64,000 nt of DNA from Fidelibacterota bacterium (GTDB lineage Bacteria > Fidelibacterota > UBA8477 > JABMPR01). The stretch's first letter is position 1. Each line of letters starts with the position of its first letter. This document shows, one piece after another, positions 50,937 to 61,104 of this stretch. The stretch covers positions 54,055-118,054 of the forward strand of contig JAERTG010000023.1 of the NCBI GenBank assembly GCA_016845065.1, in the 5' to 3' direction. The notes beneath the pieces were generated by a model. The model made no database searches. It was not told the origin of the DNA and saw only the letters and a list, made by a program, of their open reading frames with translations. Both the position numbers and the translations under genes were made by a program.

Positions 50937-52502
50937 TTACCACCAGATCGTATATAGGACAGCCAGAATAGCAAAGATTCCAATTGACCCAACATTGAAG
51001 ACTGTATCAGTGTGAAAAAGATCTTTGTCAATCTTGATAGCTTTGTCTGAGACACCTTTTTTCTCAATTAAGGTAATTGCAACAACAATTGCACTCAGGA
51101 TTAGAAAGACCACACCCATGCGATTCAGAAATGGCAGAGCAGGGATAAAGAATTTGATGGTCAGAGACAATGGAATTGTGAGAACTGCGGCCCAAACGGC
51201 TGAATTAGCTGTTGCCTTTTTCCAAAATAATCCAAAAATGAATATTGCAAAGATTCCAGGACTAATAAACCCGGTGAATTCCTGAATGAATTGGAAGGCT
51301 TGCTCTAAACTGGACAGGGATGGAGCAATAATTACTGCGACAATCAGTGCCACTGCACTGGTCATGCGACCAACCAATACCAGACGTCCCTCAGAAGCAT
51401 CCTTATTGATAATTTGTTTGTATATGTCCATTGAAAAGATTGTTGCAGTACTGTTGACCATCGAGCTTAATGACGAAACGATGGCTGCAATCAAGGCAGC
51501 GAACGCCAAACCCTTTAATCCAGTTGGTACAAACGTACTGAGGAGCCATGGATAAGCCTCATCGGGTTTAGCTAAATCCGCGCTTAGTGCAAATGCTACG
51601 ATTCCTGGAATAACAACAATGAGAGGGGTCAATATCTTGAGATACCCACCAAACATGAGTCCACGCTGAGCCTCTTTGATGTCCTTGGCTGCCAAAGCTC
51701 GCTGGATAATGTACTGATTGCATCCCCAGTAAAAGAAATGCGCCATCCACATACCACCTAACAGTACTCCAAGCCCAGGCAATTCAGCATAGTTTGGATT
51801 GGACTTATCCAATATCATGTCAAATTTTTCTGGTACCTTCGACACAAGGTCACTAAAACCTGCGAAAGCACCGTTGCCACCACTTACTTGATCAAGAGCG
51901 AAATAAGTGGTAACCAGACCACCGACGATGAGAATGAGAACCTGAACCACATCTGTCCATACAACTGCCTTCAATCCTCCATAAATAGTGTATAGAGCAG
52001 AGAACAATGCCAATCCAGCGATACCCCAAATAAGTGGTACACCAAGGATAGTTCTCAATGCTAGAGCTCCCAGGTAGAGCACTGATGTCAAGTTGACAAA
52101 CACATAAAGCAAGAGCCAGAATACAGCTAATCCAGTCCTAACACGACTATCATATCTGATTTCCAATAATTGTGGCATGGTATAAATACCCTCTTTTAGA
52201 AAGATGGGTAGGAAATATTTTGCAACCACAATAAGTGTGATGGCAGCGGTCCATTCATACGTCGCAATACCCAGCCCGATTACGTAACCGGATCCAGACA
52301 TTCCAATATACTGCTCGGCTGATATATTTGCCGCAATGAGTGAAAAACCGATGGCCCACCATGGTAAGGCTTTACTGGCCAGGAAATAGTCGCTCGAATT
52401 CTTCTGGTGTCCCTTTTTCTCCCGGGACACATACAACCCCAAACCTACAATGAAGACGATGTAACTGATGAAAACAACATAATCCAGTGTTGAAAAATGC
52501 AT
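50937..52502 (-). CDS. Sodium:solute symporter, vSGLT-like sugar transporter
   Basis: DYFLA...LPWWAIG.SLIAANISAEQ.IGMSGSG, GGLKAV.WTDVVQ, YWGCNQYIIQR.LAA, AAIVSSL.SM.NS. Confidence 0.93.
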   Translation of the reverse strand: MHFSTLDYVVFISYIVFIVGLGLYVSREKKGHQKNSSDYFLASKALPWWAIGFSLIAANISAEQYIGMSGSGYVIGLGIATYEWTAAITLIVVAKYFLPIFLKEGIYTMPQLLEIRYDSRVRTGLAVFWLLLYVFVNLTSVLYLGALALRTILGVPLIWGIAGLALFSALYTIYGGLKAVVWTDVVQVLILIVGGLVTTYFALDQVSGGNGAFAGFSDLVSKVPEKFDMILDKSNPNYAELPGLGVLLGGMWMAHFFYWGCNQYIIQRALAAKDIKEAQRGLMFGGYLKILTPLIVVIPGIVAFALSADLAKPDEAYPWLLSTFVPTGLKGLAFAALIAAIVSSLSSMVNSTATIFSMDIYKQIINKDASEGRLVLVGRMTSAVALIVAVIIAPSLSSLEQAFQFIQEFTGFISPGIFAIFIFGLFWKKATANSAVWAAVLTIPLSLTIKFFIPALPFLNRMGVVFLILSAIVVAITLIEKKGVSDKAIKIDKDLFHTDTVFNVGSIGIFAILAVLYTIWW

Positions 52503-52838
52503 GCGTGAACCCTTTTCATTTTGTTTAGTCCGTGCTGACTGAGTTGATGAGAAATCAGTCGAAACCCGTCGATTTTACTATCGATTTATAATTCCATCAT
52601 GCCACAGCACAAACATCAGGCCACAACGATAATGGTATTACGTAAGCCCTGGGGGTTGTTTTCTCTTCATTTTATTATCATATTCATAAAATTGATTATC
52701 AATATGAATAAGTATTGTGGATATGGTAGGAAGTGATCCTGTTAAATGATTAATTAGAACCTATCAACCAGAGGTGATTTGGTGATGTTCTATTCAGTTA
52801 TACTTGCGGATTTATGTTTAACTCAGGAATCAAAAACC

Positions 52839-53252
52839 TTATCCTGCATTGACTCGATTGACAACAGCCATCAAATCTTCAGTATTGAATGGTTTATTTA
52901 TTGAATCGTCTGCTCCAAGAATCATGGCTTCCTTCAAGTAGGAATCAACATAGCCAGTCATAGCAATAATTTTGACAGTCCTGGATAGTTTTCGAATTTT
53001 TCTTATGGTTTCAATGCCCTCGACTCGTGGCATGACAATATCTGTGATAACAATGTCAGTTGGATTGCTTTCGAACAAGGCAATACCCTCTCGGCCATCA
53101 TTGGCAGTGAGTACGTCATATCCCTGTTCATCAAAAAAGGTGATTAAGACTTCCCTGATGGATTGTTCATCATCGACAATTAGGATAGTTTTATGCTGAT
53201 CGTTCTGTTTTGGCAATTCTGAGACTCTCTCCTCTATTTTTTTTGCATTCAA
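52839..53252 (-). CDS. Single-domain response regulator (CheY-like)
   Basis: ILIVDDE, ITDIVMP, AMTG, KPF. Exact start uncertain. Confidence 0.9.
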   Translation of the reverse strand: MNAKKIEERVSELPKQNDQHKTILIVDDEQSIREVLITFFDEQGYDVLTANDGREGIALFESNPTDIVITDIVMPRVEGIETIRKIRKLSRTVKIIAMTGYVDSYLKEAMILGADDSINKPFNTEDLMAVVNRVNAG

Positions 53253-53324
53253 ACCGTTCCATAATTACTCTGATTTGTGGAGCTTTGAAAGGACTAATCT
53301 TGTTTCCAAGAGGAGTCTAATGTC

Positions 53325-53339
53325 TCAAATCACGTGCCA
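53325..53339 (-). promoter_or_regulatory. Sigma-54-like promoter for the single-domain response regulator
   Basis: TGGCACG-TGAT-TTGA: perfect -24 element, -12 GA instead of GC. Confidence 0.5.
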
Positions 53340-53387
53340 AACTTAATTTTTGCTTGCTTTATGGGTGAATAAATTAAAGTTTGGGGC

Positions 53388-54761
53388 ATGGTCGCCATCC
53401 ATATCATTGATGATGACACCGAGGTCAGAGAGGTCTTAAGAGAACTCTTTGAAACGGATGATTATGAGGTATCTACCTTCAATTCAGCAGAAGATGCGCA
53501 CCCCTACATACTCCGTGAAAATCCTGATCTGATTTTATTAGATATCGGGTTACCAGGGATGGATGGTCTTACCTATCTCGAGAAGCTCAAGACTGAATTC
53601 GAAGATGTGGAAGTTATCATGATCACTGGTCAAGCAGATATTCGTTCAGCGATCCGAGCAATAAAGTTAGGAGCCATGGATTATATCCGTAAACCAATTG
53701 ATCCTGATGAATTAAAGATCCAGGTCAATCACGCCATTGACCGGAGAAAGAAACGTGAACAACTAAACTATCTTCAGATAAAGAGTCATCTTCAGTTTGG
53801 TGATATTGTGGGTACCAGTGAACCCATGCAAAAAGTTTATCAGTTTATCTATCAGGTGGCTGAATCTTCAAAAACAACGGTACTTATCCGTGGTGAAACT
53901 GGTACTGGCAAAGGACTCGTAGCCCGGTCAATACATTACCAGAGTCCTCGGGCTAAGCAGCCATTCATTGAAGTGAATTGTTCAGCGATCCAACCCAGTT
54001 TGCTTGAGTCAGAATTATTCGGACATGAAGCTGGTGCTTTCACAGACGCTAAAAACAGAAAAAAAGGGCTACTGGAATTAGCCCATGATGGAACTTTCTT
54101 TCTGGATGAGGTTGGTGACATGAACCTGGCATCACAATCCAAACTACTGAAGGTACTGGAAGAAAAGACTTTTCGACGTGTTGGTGGAACAAAAGAGATT
54201 AAAATTGATGCTCGCATAATTAGTGCATCATCTCGAGATTTGATGCAATTGGTTGAACAAAAAAAATTCAGAGCTGATTTATATTACCGCCTAAATGTTG
54301 CTTCGGTTCGGCTCCCAGCACTTCGTGAACGGGGTGATGATATCCTTGTTTTAGCCAATTACTTCCTTGATTTTTTCAATAAAGAATTTAATCGCAGTAT
54401 CCGTAATATTTCCCCTGCTGCTCAGAAAATGCTGATTGGACATTCATGGGTGGGGAATGTCCGAGAGATCCGAAATGTCATTGAGAGGGCAGTGCTGTTT
54501 GAGCAGAGTGATGTTCTTTCATCTGAAACGATCAGCCTCCAACAGGTATCCAGTGCTGAAGGGACGCCGGCACAGGTGGTTCCTGATTTAAATCAAGAAT
54601 ATCAACTCCCTGATGAAGGTATATCACTTGAGGAGTTTGAACAGCACTTGTTGCAGCAAGCCCTTGATCGGGCTGGTGGGAATAAAACAAGGGCTGCCGC
54701 CTTACTTGGTCTTAGCAGAGAGACCATGAAATACAGGCTAAAAAAGTTTAACCTTTCCTAA
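53388..54761 (+). CDS. NtrC/AtoC-family sigma-54 activator (REC-AAA+-HTH)
   Basis: IIDDD, LLDIGLP, GETGTGK, LLESELFGHE.GAFTDA, FLDEVG, FRADLYYRL, W.GNVRE, Fis-type HTH. Confidence 0.96.
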   Translation: MVAIHIIDDDTEVREVLRELFETDDYEVSTFNSAEDAHPYILRENPDLILLDIGLPGMDGLTYLEKLKTEFEDVEVIMITGQADIRSAIRAIKLGAMDYIRKPIDPDELKIQVNHAIDRRKKREQLNYLQIKSHLQFGDIVGTSEPMQKVYQFIYQVAESSKTTVLIRGETGTGKGLVARSIHYQSPRAKQPFIEVNCSAIQPSLLESELFGHEAGAFTDAKNRKKGLLELAHDGTFFLDEVGDMNLASQSKLLKVLEEKTFRRVGGTKEIKIDARIISASSRDLMQLVEQKKFRADLYYRLNVASVRLPALRERGDDILVLANYFLDFFNKEFNRSIRNISPAAQKMLIGHSWVGNVREIRNVIERAVLFEQSDVLSSETISLQQVSSAEGTPAQVVPDLNQEYQLPDEGISLEEFEQHLLQQALDRAGGNKTRAAALLGLSRETMKYRLKKFNLS

Positions 54762-54805
54762 TTGAATTGTTGATTCAGATGACTGAGAAGTGAATAAGTG
54801 GGGCC

Positions 54806-55528
54806 ATGAAAGATAAGCTAAATAACATACAAATTGATCATCTTGATATCGAAGGATACGAGGAATTGATGGAGTTGGTCTTCGCCTATACTGCCACTGC
54901 CCATGATTTTGGGTTCACTCACAAGATGAATAATCGCTTCACTTCTCTTTCCATGAATGCATCCTTCTTAAAACAGGCCCTAGAGAACAAAGACTATGAA
55001 AAAGCTTTGGCAAGAGCCACTCAGGTCTCTGACTCCATTAGTAATCTGGTCAAATATTCCCAGGAATTGATGAGCACTGACTTAATAAACTCAAACAGTA
55101 AGCAGTTCGAGTTCCCAGGTATAATCTCTACCGTTGTGGAAAAGCTCATTAAACTCCCAACATTTGCCAACATTGAGATTGAGTTGGACCTTTTCCCAGA
55201 AGTAGTGAAAACCACTTCTAACCCTGGGATAATTTGGGTTTTTCTCTATGCCTTCTTTAAGCACGTGAAACGCTATAAAGTTGATGGTCCCGTCTCTCTG
55301 CGTACGAGTTACGATGATAAGAATAATAAGTACATTATCCAAACTGACGTAAAGGAGATTTTGAAAGTTCCAGGAGACACTCATAAGGGGTCGAGTATAG
55401 CGATCCCATCCGCTGGCGAAGTTCCCTTTCGCTATTTAGCCCGGGTGATCAGAAACGTTTCCACCAAGTTTGAATTGATCCATCGAACTGAGCGACCCCT
55501 CACCCTGGAACTCAAACTTACTCTTTAG
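54806..55528 (+). CDS. Degenerate histidine-kinase-like protein (H-box-like, no G-boxes)
   Basis: GFTHKMNNRFTSL resembles an H-box, followed by two helices and an alpha/beta region lacking N, G1 and G2 boxes. Confidence 0.55.
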   Translation: MKDKLNNIQIDHLDIEGYEELMELVFAYTATAHDFGFTHKMNNRFTSLSMNASFLKQALENKDYEKALARATQVSDSISNLVKYSQELMSTDLINSNSKQFEFPGIISTVVEKLIKLPTFANIEIELDLFPEVVKTTSNPGIIWVFLYAFFKHVKRYKVDGPVSLRTSYDDKNNKYIIQTDVKEILKVPGDTHKGSSIAIPSAGEVPFRYLARVIRNVSTKFELIHRTERPLTLELKLTL

Positions 55529-55541
55529 ATTTTCCAGTTAT

Positions 55542-55589
55542 TGGGTCATATAAACCGGTTTTTTCACCCGCTATGGTTTATATGCCCCA
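55542..55589. promoter_or_regulatory. Inverted-repeat cluster: candidate enhancer sites or terminator
   Basis: TGGGTCATATAAACC ... GGTTTATATGCCCCA (15-bp arms, one mismatch), with a related central copy. Confidence 0.55.
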
Positions 55590-56100
55590 CACTTTTTTCT
55601 CTAATTGTTTCATCTCCAGCAGAATAAATCATCTCAATCTCGCATGAAGAACATTTAATAATCCGATTTCCTCTATTCTCACCATCTACCGGAAAACCAC
55701 CTTAAAACATTCATTTACAGCACTGTAGATGTAATAGTACTCCTCAAGTATCTCTTAAAGCACCCCTTATTTTGCATTATTTCAACCCAATATCAGGGTA
55801 AAATTTGATCATTTTCAAAGTCTGGCATGAAAATTGGCTTGCTATAGTAAGCCGAATCATAGTATCTTCTGTCTATTGCTTAAAGTTTTGCATTAAGAAA
55901 CTCGTGAAAATACTATTGATTCGAAGAGGCTGGCTTTGTAGAAGTACATCTTCGAAACAAGATGGATCTCGCGATTGTGGAATCTAGACCCTTTCGCCTG
56001 CCTCGCATATGAGGAAAAGAAAAATTTGCTACACTCGTTAACGATAGAAGAATTCGTTAATGATTAATCATATGGTAAATGTTTAGGAAGGAATTGTCTC

Positions 56101-56712
56101 ATGAAACATGGAAATTGGTTGCGGAATACAGTATTGGCCTTCACGGTCTTAATACTCCAATTCTGTTCTGTAAATCCATTGGCTCCAGAAATGAATGGTG
56201 GAGAGAATGGAATCCCGCAAGATCAGATCACCTGGGTGAATTGGAATCCTGAAACTATAGCTGAGCTTGAAGGGGCATTAGATGGAGCACTACCTCGTCG
56301 TGCCAGGGGTTATGAATCAAAAAAGATTCATAGCCAACGTGGGGGTACTGTTGGTGGGCGTTCAACATTTGGTAATTTTGTTGAAGTGCCAGAGGATGCT
56401 TTCGATGAACGCAAATTGGACATAAGTGTCCGCGTGCTTCATGTGAATGCAGGTGGTCAGACGGCTGCTGGTGTGGAATTTTTACCAAGCAGGAACTACG
56501 ATGCAGATGTAAGAATTACTCTCAGTTGGGAATTTCTTGATGTTGAAGGAGATGACTGGGAAAGTCTAAATCTACAGCCCTACTATAGTGAAGACCAAGG
56601 TGTAACATGGTTTCCTGTAGAAGATTTCAGTATCAATGCTGATGACAGGACAATCAGCTTTAGTATTGATCACTTCACCCAGTATGGGTGGGCTCTGGAC
56701 GAGGATGATTAA
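56101..56712 (+). CDS. Lipoprotein with ZU5-like beta-sandwich domain
   Basis: LQF-C lipobox; GG.V......V.VP.DAF...VEFLP......V.ITL...IDHFTQYG. Confidence 0.7.
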   Translation: MKHGNWLRNTVLAFTVLILQFCSVNPLAPEMNGGENGIPQDQITWVNWNPETIAELEGALDGALPRRARGYESKKIHSQRGGTVGGRSTFGNFVEVPEDAFDERKLDISVRVLHVNAGGQTAAGVEFLPSRNYDADVRITLSWEFLDVEGDDWESLNLQPYYSEDQGVTWFPVEDFSINADDRTISFSIDHFTQYGWALDEDD

Positions 56713-56780
56713 GCGAGCCATAAGGCGTGTCCAACTATTTACTACTATGCAAACACACATAAATAAAGAAGACATAAATT

Positions 56781-58019
56781 ATGGGTGACAAGAATTTACA
56801 ATCATTCCTAAGCGCTGTCCACAAGCTGGCAGTAGAAAGATGTGGGCAAGATTTTGCCGACTATCTGATACAGCTGCGAGCGGAGCGGGAAAGACTGCTT
56901 AAGAAGAGTTGGAAGAAAACTACACCTAAGACTCTGGTGAGCAAGGGTGAAGTGTTCCGCGAGATCGATTTTGATACGATCCAGCTTCATTCCTCAAAGT
57001 TCCTGGACGAACGGCAATATCTTGAATTGCTTTATGAAATTGCAAAGATTGCGATTCCCTATGGCCAATTTCACAAAGCACAACAACTGCTTCTGACCTT
57101 AAAGGATCATTCTGATCTGGCAAGCGACGATCACTTTGCCGTACAAGTCCACCAACGTCTGGGCGATATTTCTTTCTATCTATCAGATTTCAATACCAGC
57201 TTAACTGAGTATGAGCTGTGTATGGACTATTATAAGAAGCTCAAGAATCCTCAACGACTGGCTGGAATCATGCTTTCAGCAAGTGTTGTTCTGGTCGAAA
57301 AGGGGGAGGTTGAACGAGCAGAGATATTGATGCAGGAAGCCAAAGCTCTGGCTACTGAATATCAGCTCAAGAAAATGTTGATCAAAATCAACATGAACCT
57401 GGGTAACATTTACCATATGAGGGGTTCCTATGATGACTCATTGAACCATTTGAAGCAGACTCTAGAGCTTCTGGATGAGAACAATGATAGTACCCTTCGC
57501 GCAAGAATACTGCATAACATCGGGCTAGCCTACAAGGCTAAGCACGAGGATGAGAAAGCATTGGATCTCTTTAACGAGAGTATTGATCTTTCCACCACTG
57601 CAGAGAATACCTACATGAAGAGCCTCACTTATCTGGAGAAATCCGAACTCTTATATCGTCAGGATGATTTGTCAGCTGGAACAGCTCTGGCTACATCCGC
57701 GTTTCAAGCCTTTTCACAGTTTGGTGATCGACTCAGCATAGGTGAAACCTATAAAATCCTTGGTATGATCTCCGGAAAACGGAAGAAATACCGAACTGCA
57801 CAGGCATTCCTGGAAAACAGTCTCAGAATTTGTAGAGACCACAATAAACCACTGAATGTCGGCCAAACGCAGGTTGAGCTTGCCCATCTCTTTTTGGACC
57901 AGGGAGACACGGAAAAAGCCATCAACTTGCTGAAAGAGGCCAAAGCTAGTTTCGTGGATTTACATGCATTGGATAGAGTTACAGAGGTTGAGGGAGAGTT
58001 ATCTACCATAACCACGTAA
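56781..58019 (+). CDS. TPR (MalT/Rap-like) repeat protein
   Basis: Multiple TPRs (NMNLGNIYHMRG.YD.SL; LHNIGLAY; YKILG). Confidence 0.85.
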   Translation: MGDKNLQSFLSAVHKLAVERCGQDFADYLIQLRAERERLLKKSWKKTTPKTLVSKGEVFREIDFDTIQLHSSKFLDERQYLELLYEIAKIAIPYGQFHKAQQLLLTLKDHSDLASDDHFAVQVHQRLGDISFYLSDFNTSLTEYELCMDYYKKLKNPQRLAGIMLSASVVLVEKGEVERAEILMQEAKALATEYQLKKMLIKINMNLGNIYHMRGSYDDSLNHLKQTLELLDENNDSTLRARILHNIGLAYKAKHEDEKALDLFNESIDLSTTAENTYMKSLTYLEKSELLYRQDDLSAGTALATSAFQAFSQFGDRLSIGETYKILGMISGKRKKYRTAQAFLENSLRICRDHNKPLNVGQTQVELAHLFLDQGDTEKAINLLKEAKASFVDLHALDRVTEVEGELSTITT

Positions 58020-58065
58020 CGCTCCAGGCTGTTCCTATGGATTACAAAACCTAGTTAGCAGTTAT

Positions 58066-58107
58066 CAGACCTACCCCAAGCTCAAGATTGAGTTTCGGGT
58101 AGGTCTG
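58066..58107. other. Long intergenic stem-loop
   Basis: CAGACCTACCC-C-AAGCTCAA-GA-TTGAGTTT-C-GGGTAGGTCTG. Confidence 0.6.
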
Positions 58108-58240
58108 CGGGTTTCAGTATGAACCTGATTTCTATCAACTTCCCCAAGGTAATTTCTTGCTTAATAATATTAAAAAGTCAAATTATCCAATTGATCAGAC
58201 TGCTGTCACGCAGTCTGTTTAACCAATTATAAGGTAGGCA

Positions 58241-59707
58241 ATGAAGCCTCAAGACAACAAACTAAACCTTCAGGATGTCCTGGATCATTTAACAGATATG
58301 ATCGCCTTAACGGATGCAGACTACAGTATCATAGATGCAAATCGTTCTGCAAATATCATTATTGGTCAGGGAAATGAGCTGACTGGTCAGAAATGTCATA
58401 AGGTTATTCATGATAAGAATCACCCCTGTGATAACTGTCCCCTACCTGAATCTCTGGAATCTGGAAGCCTGATAAATTCCAATTACTTTGATGCACGCTA
58501 TGGAGAATTCTTTGAAGAGCGAACGCATCCTATCGTTGATGAGGATGATCAGTTCAAGGGGTTCATAATTACGTTGCGTAATATTAGTGACATTAGAGCA
58601 GCTGAAGACGAATCAGCTCAGTCCCGTAGATTGGCATCAATAGGCAAATTAACGGCAGGGGCTGCCCACGACTTTAACAACGTTATGGCTGAGCTCATGG
58701 GTCAGATCAGATTTATCAAAAAGACTGCCAAAGATCCTACTCTGGTTAAACAGCTAGACATTCTTGAGGGGTCTACCAGAACTGGTTCTGATACGATTCG
58801 GCGCATGCTTGATTTTGCGAGTGGTGGAAGAGTTACAGAAAAAGAAAATTTGGAAACCGCCAATCTCATGCAGAATGTTGTGTACATGACTCAGGCGAGG
58901 TGGATGGAAGTTGAGCAGAAGGAAGGCATCATTATTTCTACCATCAATGAATTTGAACCTGATCTATATATAGCAGGGAGTAAATCAGAAATAATCAATG
59001 CTGTCACCAACCTGATCTTCAATGGTGTAGATGCCATGCCAGATGGCGGTGTCTTAACCCTATCAAATTCTGAGAAAAATGGTAAAGTGTTAATCAGCGT
59101 TCAGGACACTGGGACTGGGATGACTGAGGAAGTACGCAATCGAATTTTCGATCCATTTTTCAGCACAAAGGGAAGTTCTGGTACAGGACTTGGTTTAAGT
59201 GAAGTTTATGGAACCATAAAACGTCACGATGGGGAGATTCTGGTTGAAAGTGAAGTCGGTGTGGGTACTACCATAAGTCTCGTCTTCGACAAGGTTGAGG
59301 CCATGTCAGTGGAGGTGCCAGTTCAGGCAATTGAAGTTCCTCCCATCAGAATTCTAGCAGTGGATGATAATGAATTCATTACTGAGATGCTTACAGAATT
59401 ACTCACTGACGAAGGTCACACGGTTTCTACATATACGTCTACAACTGAAGCCCTCGATGCATTCACAAAAAACGAATACGATCTGGTGATCACAGACATG
59501 GAAATGCCTGAAATGGGTGGTCGTGAATTCGCGGAGGTGATCAAATCACACCAACCAGACATGCCCGTTCTCTTGCTATCGGGATGGCCCATCTTTCTAG
59601 AGGAAGAGCCCAATCTGGCAGAATTCATAGATTTTGCCCTGGCGAAACCTTTTACTGTTGAGGATATTCAGAATGTCATTTTACAGGCACTCAAACTACG
59701 GGACTAA
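58241..59707 (+). CDS. Cytoplasmic hybrid sensor kinase (PAS-HisKA-HATPase-REC)
   Basis: AHDFNN, NL.FNG.DAM, DTG.GM, FDPFFSTK, GTGLGL; C-terminal VDDN...TD.EMP...KPF. Confidence 0.95.
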   Translation: MKPQDNKLNLQDVLDHLTDMIALTDADYSIIDANRSANIIIGQGNELTGQKCHKVIHDKNHPCDNCPLPESLESGSLINSNYFDARYGEFFEERTHPIVDEDDQFKGFIITLRNISDIRAAEDESAQSRRLASIGKLTAGAAHDFNNVMAELMGQIRFIKKTAKDPTLVKQLDILEGSTRTGSDTIRRMLDFASGGRVTEKENLETANLMQNVVYMTQARWMEVEQKEGIIISTINEFEPDLYIAGSKSEIINAVTNLIFNGVDAMPDGGVLTLSNSEKNGKVLISVQDTGTGMTEEVRNRIFDPFFSTKGSSGTGLGLSEVYGTIKRHDGEILVESEVGVGTTISLVFDKVEAMSVEVPVQAIEVPPIRILAVDDNEFITEMLTELLTDEGHTVSTYTSTTEALDAFTKNEYDLVITDMEMPEMGGREFAEVIKSHQPDMPVLLLSGWPIFLEEEPNLAEFIDFALAKPFTVEDIQNVILQALKLRD

Positions 59708-60834
59708 TTGTTTCCATTTTTAGTCAGGTTTATCATTTCAGATCCTGCTAAAAGGAATGCACCAGCTCCATAGGCATGCGTATCATCAAAAGTCACATCG
59801 CGCGGATCCATTCCTATATCTTGCACCCAACCTATCTTACCATCGCCATGAAGAGCCCGAGTCAAGGCAGACCACCCGTTTTCTACAACAGGTAAATACT
59901 CATTACTCTCTAGATAACCTTGGTTTATCCCCCAGGCCAAAGCATAGACAATAAACCCAGTTCCACTACTTTCAGGATTCGGATATTCATCTGGATCCAA
60001 AAGACTCGACCGCCAGAACCCATCAGCTCCCTGGAGGTCTTTCAGAGACATTGCCAGCGTTTTAAATAATTCTATGTAAGACTCACGCTGTTTGTCCGCT
60101 TCGGGGAGATATGGTATGATTCGCGACAATCCCGCTATTACCCACCCATTACCTCTTGACCAAAACACCTTTTCCCCATGTTTTGAGCGACGATAGAAGT
60201 AGCGCTTGTCACGAAAGAACAGACCAGAGTTGCGATCAAATAGGTATTCAGCCGTGTCCCAATACATCTCGTGCAAATACTTAGAGTACTTCTTATTGCC
60301 AGTAGCGCTAGCCAGCTGCGCAAGCGTCGGTGGTGACATAAAAAGAGCATCGCACCACCACCAATCTTCTCGTCCAGGCTTAGAGGTCGCTATTAATTGG
60401 TCATAGACAGCCCTGGTAGCCTTGATATGACTCACATTCTTCGTCCTGGAGTATAGGCTCAGGTAAACTGAACCACAGGCATGATCCTCTGCATAACGTG
60501 TTCGGGGTCCAAGTGCATATTTGTTGCTTTCTGACCAATTAATAGCATGATTATAATAGAAGTCATCGTCAGTAGCCTGATAAGCTGCCATAACACCAAT
60601 AAAAAATGTTGAAGATACCCACCCAGATGGAGAGTGTTGATCTGACATGCGCCCTTGGATGGGATTTTCAAATTCGAATTGCGCAACACTTCGCATTTGG
60701 GACTTCATATCATCAATTTTTTGAATTTGATCTAGACTGAGATACTTCTGTCCCAGCAGCTGTGGGAGTGTCAATACAGTTATCATCACCACTATGCTAA
60801 TTCTTGTAGCCCCTATTTGCCTTAGATTAGTCAT
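59704..60834 (-). CDS. GH105/GH88 unsaturated glycuronyl hydrolase, exported
   Basis: WWWCDALFM.PP, LF.RD, FWSRGNGWV, LQ..DG.W, E.SGT, YG.GAFLLA. Confidence 0.92.
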   Translation of the reverse strand: MTNLRQIGATRISIVVMITVLTLPQLLGQKYLSLDQIQKIDDMKSQMRSVAQFEFENPIQGRMSDQHSPSGWVSSTFFIGVMAAYQATDDDFYYNHAINWSESNKYALGPRTRYAEDHACGSVYLSLYSRTKNVSHIKATRAVYDQLIATSKPGREDWWWCDALFMSPPTLAQLASATGNKKYSKYLHEMYWDTAEYLFDRNSGLFFRDKRYFYRRSKHGEKVFWSRGNGWVIAGLSRIIPYLPEADKQRESYIELFKTLAMSLKDLQGADGFWRSSLLDPDEYPNPESSGTGFIVYALAWGINQGYLESNEYLPVVENGWSALTRALHGDGKIGWVQDIGMDPRDVTFDDTHAYGAGAFLLAGSEMINLTKNGNN

Positions 60835-61104
60835 GAATTACCACTTTTTCTTTCTAATTCTATCATACCAACTCATTGGTTAAGTTCAATTACCTCTTTA
60901 TCACTTTACTGAATTTACAGCTCATTTAGCAGCTTTTATGCAGATTTTTCTGGGCTGATGTGATCAAGAGGACAATATACATAAGATGCTTCAATCCTCA
61001 GATCTCTTTTACCAGGATTCGAGGTGTGGAAGACAAAATACCGCAAGAAAAGTCTATCAAAAGACCAATGTACTAACTTGAGATATGTTTTCAAGCAACC
61101 CATA

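Noticed and set aside
52681-52710. FNR box upstream of the symporter
   Set aside because: TTGAT and ATCAA are separated by 1 nt rather than 4. An AT-rich palindrome may be chance.
55921-56014. c-di-GMP-I riboswitch suggested by the GAAA-containing hairpin
   Set aside because: The conserved GGCAAAC / GACGCAAAG core and the tetraloop receptor are not present. Kept only as an unassigned structure.
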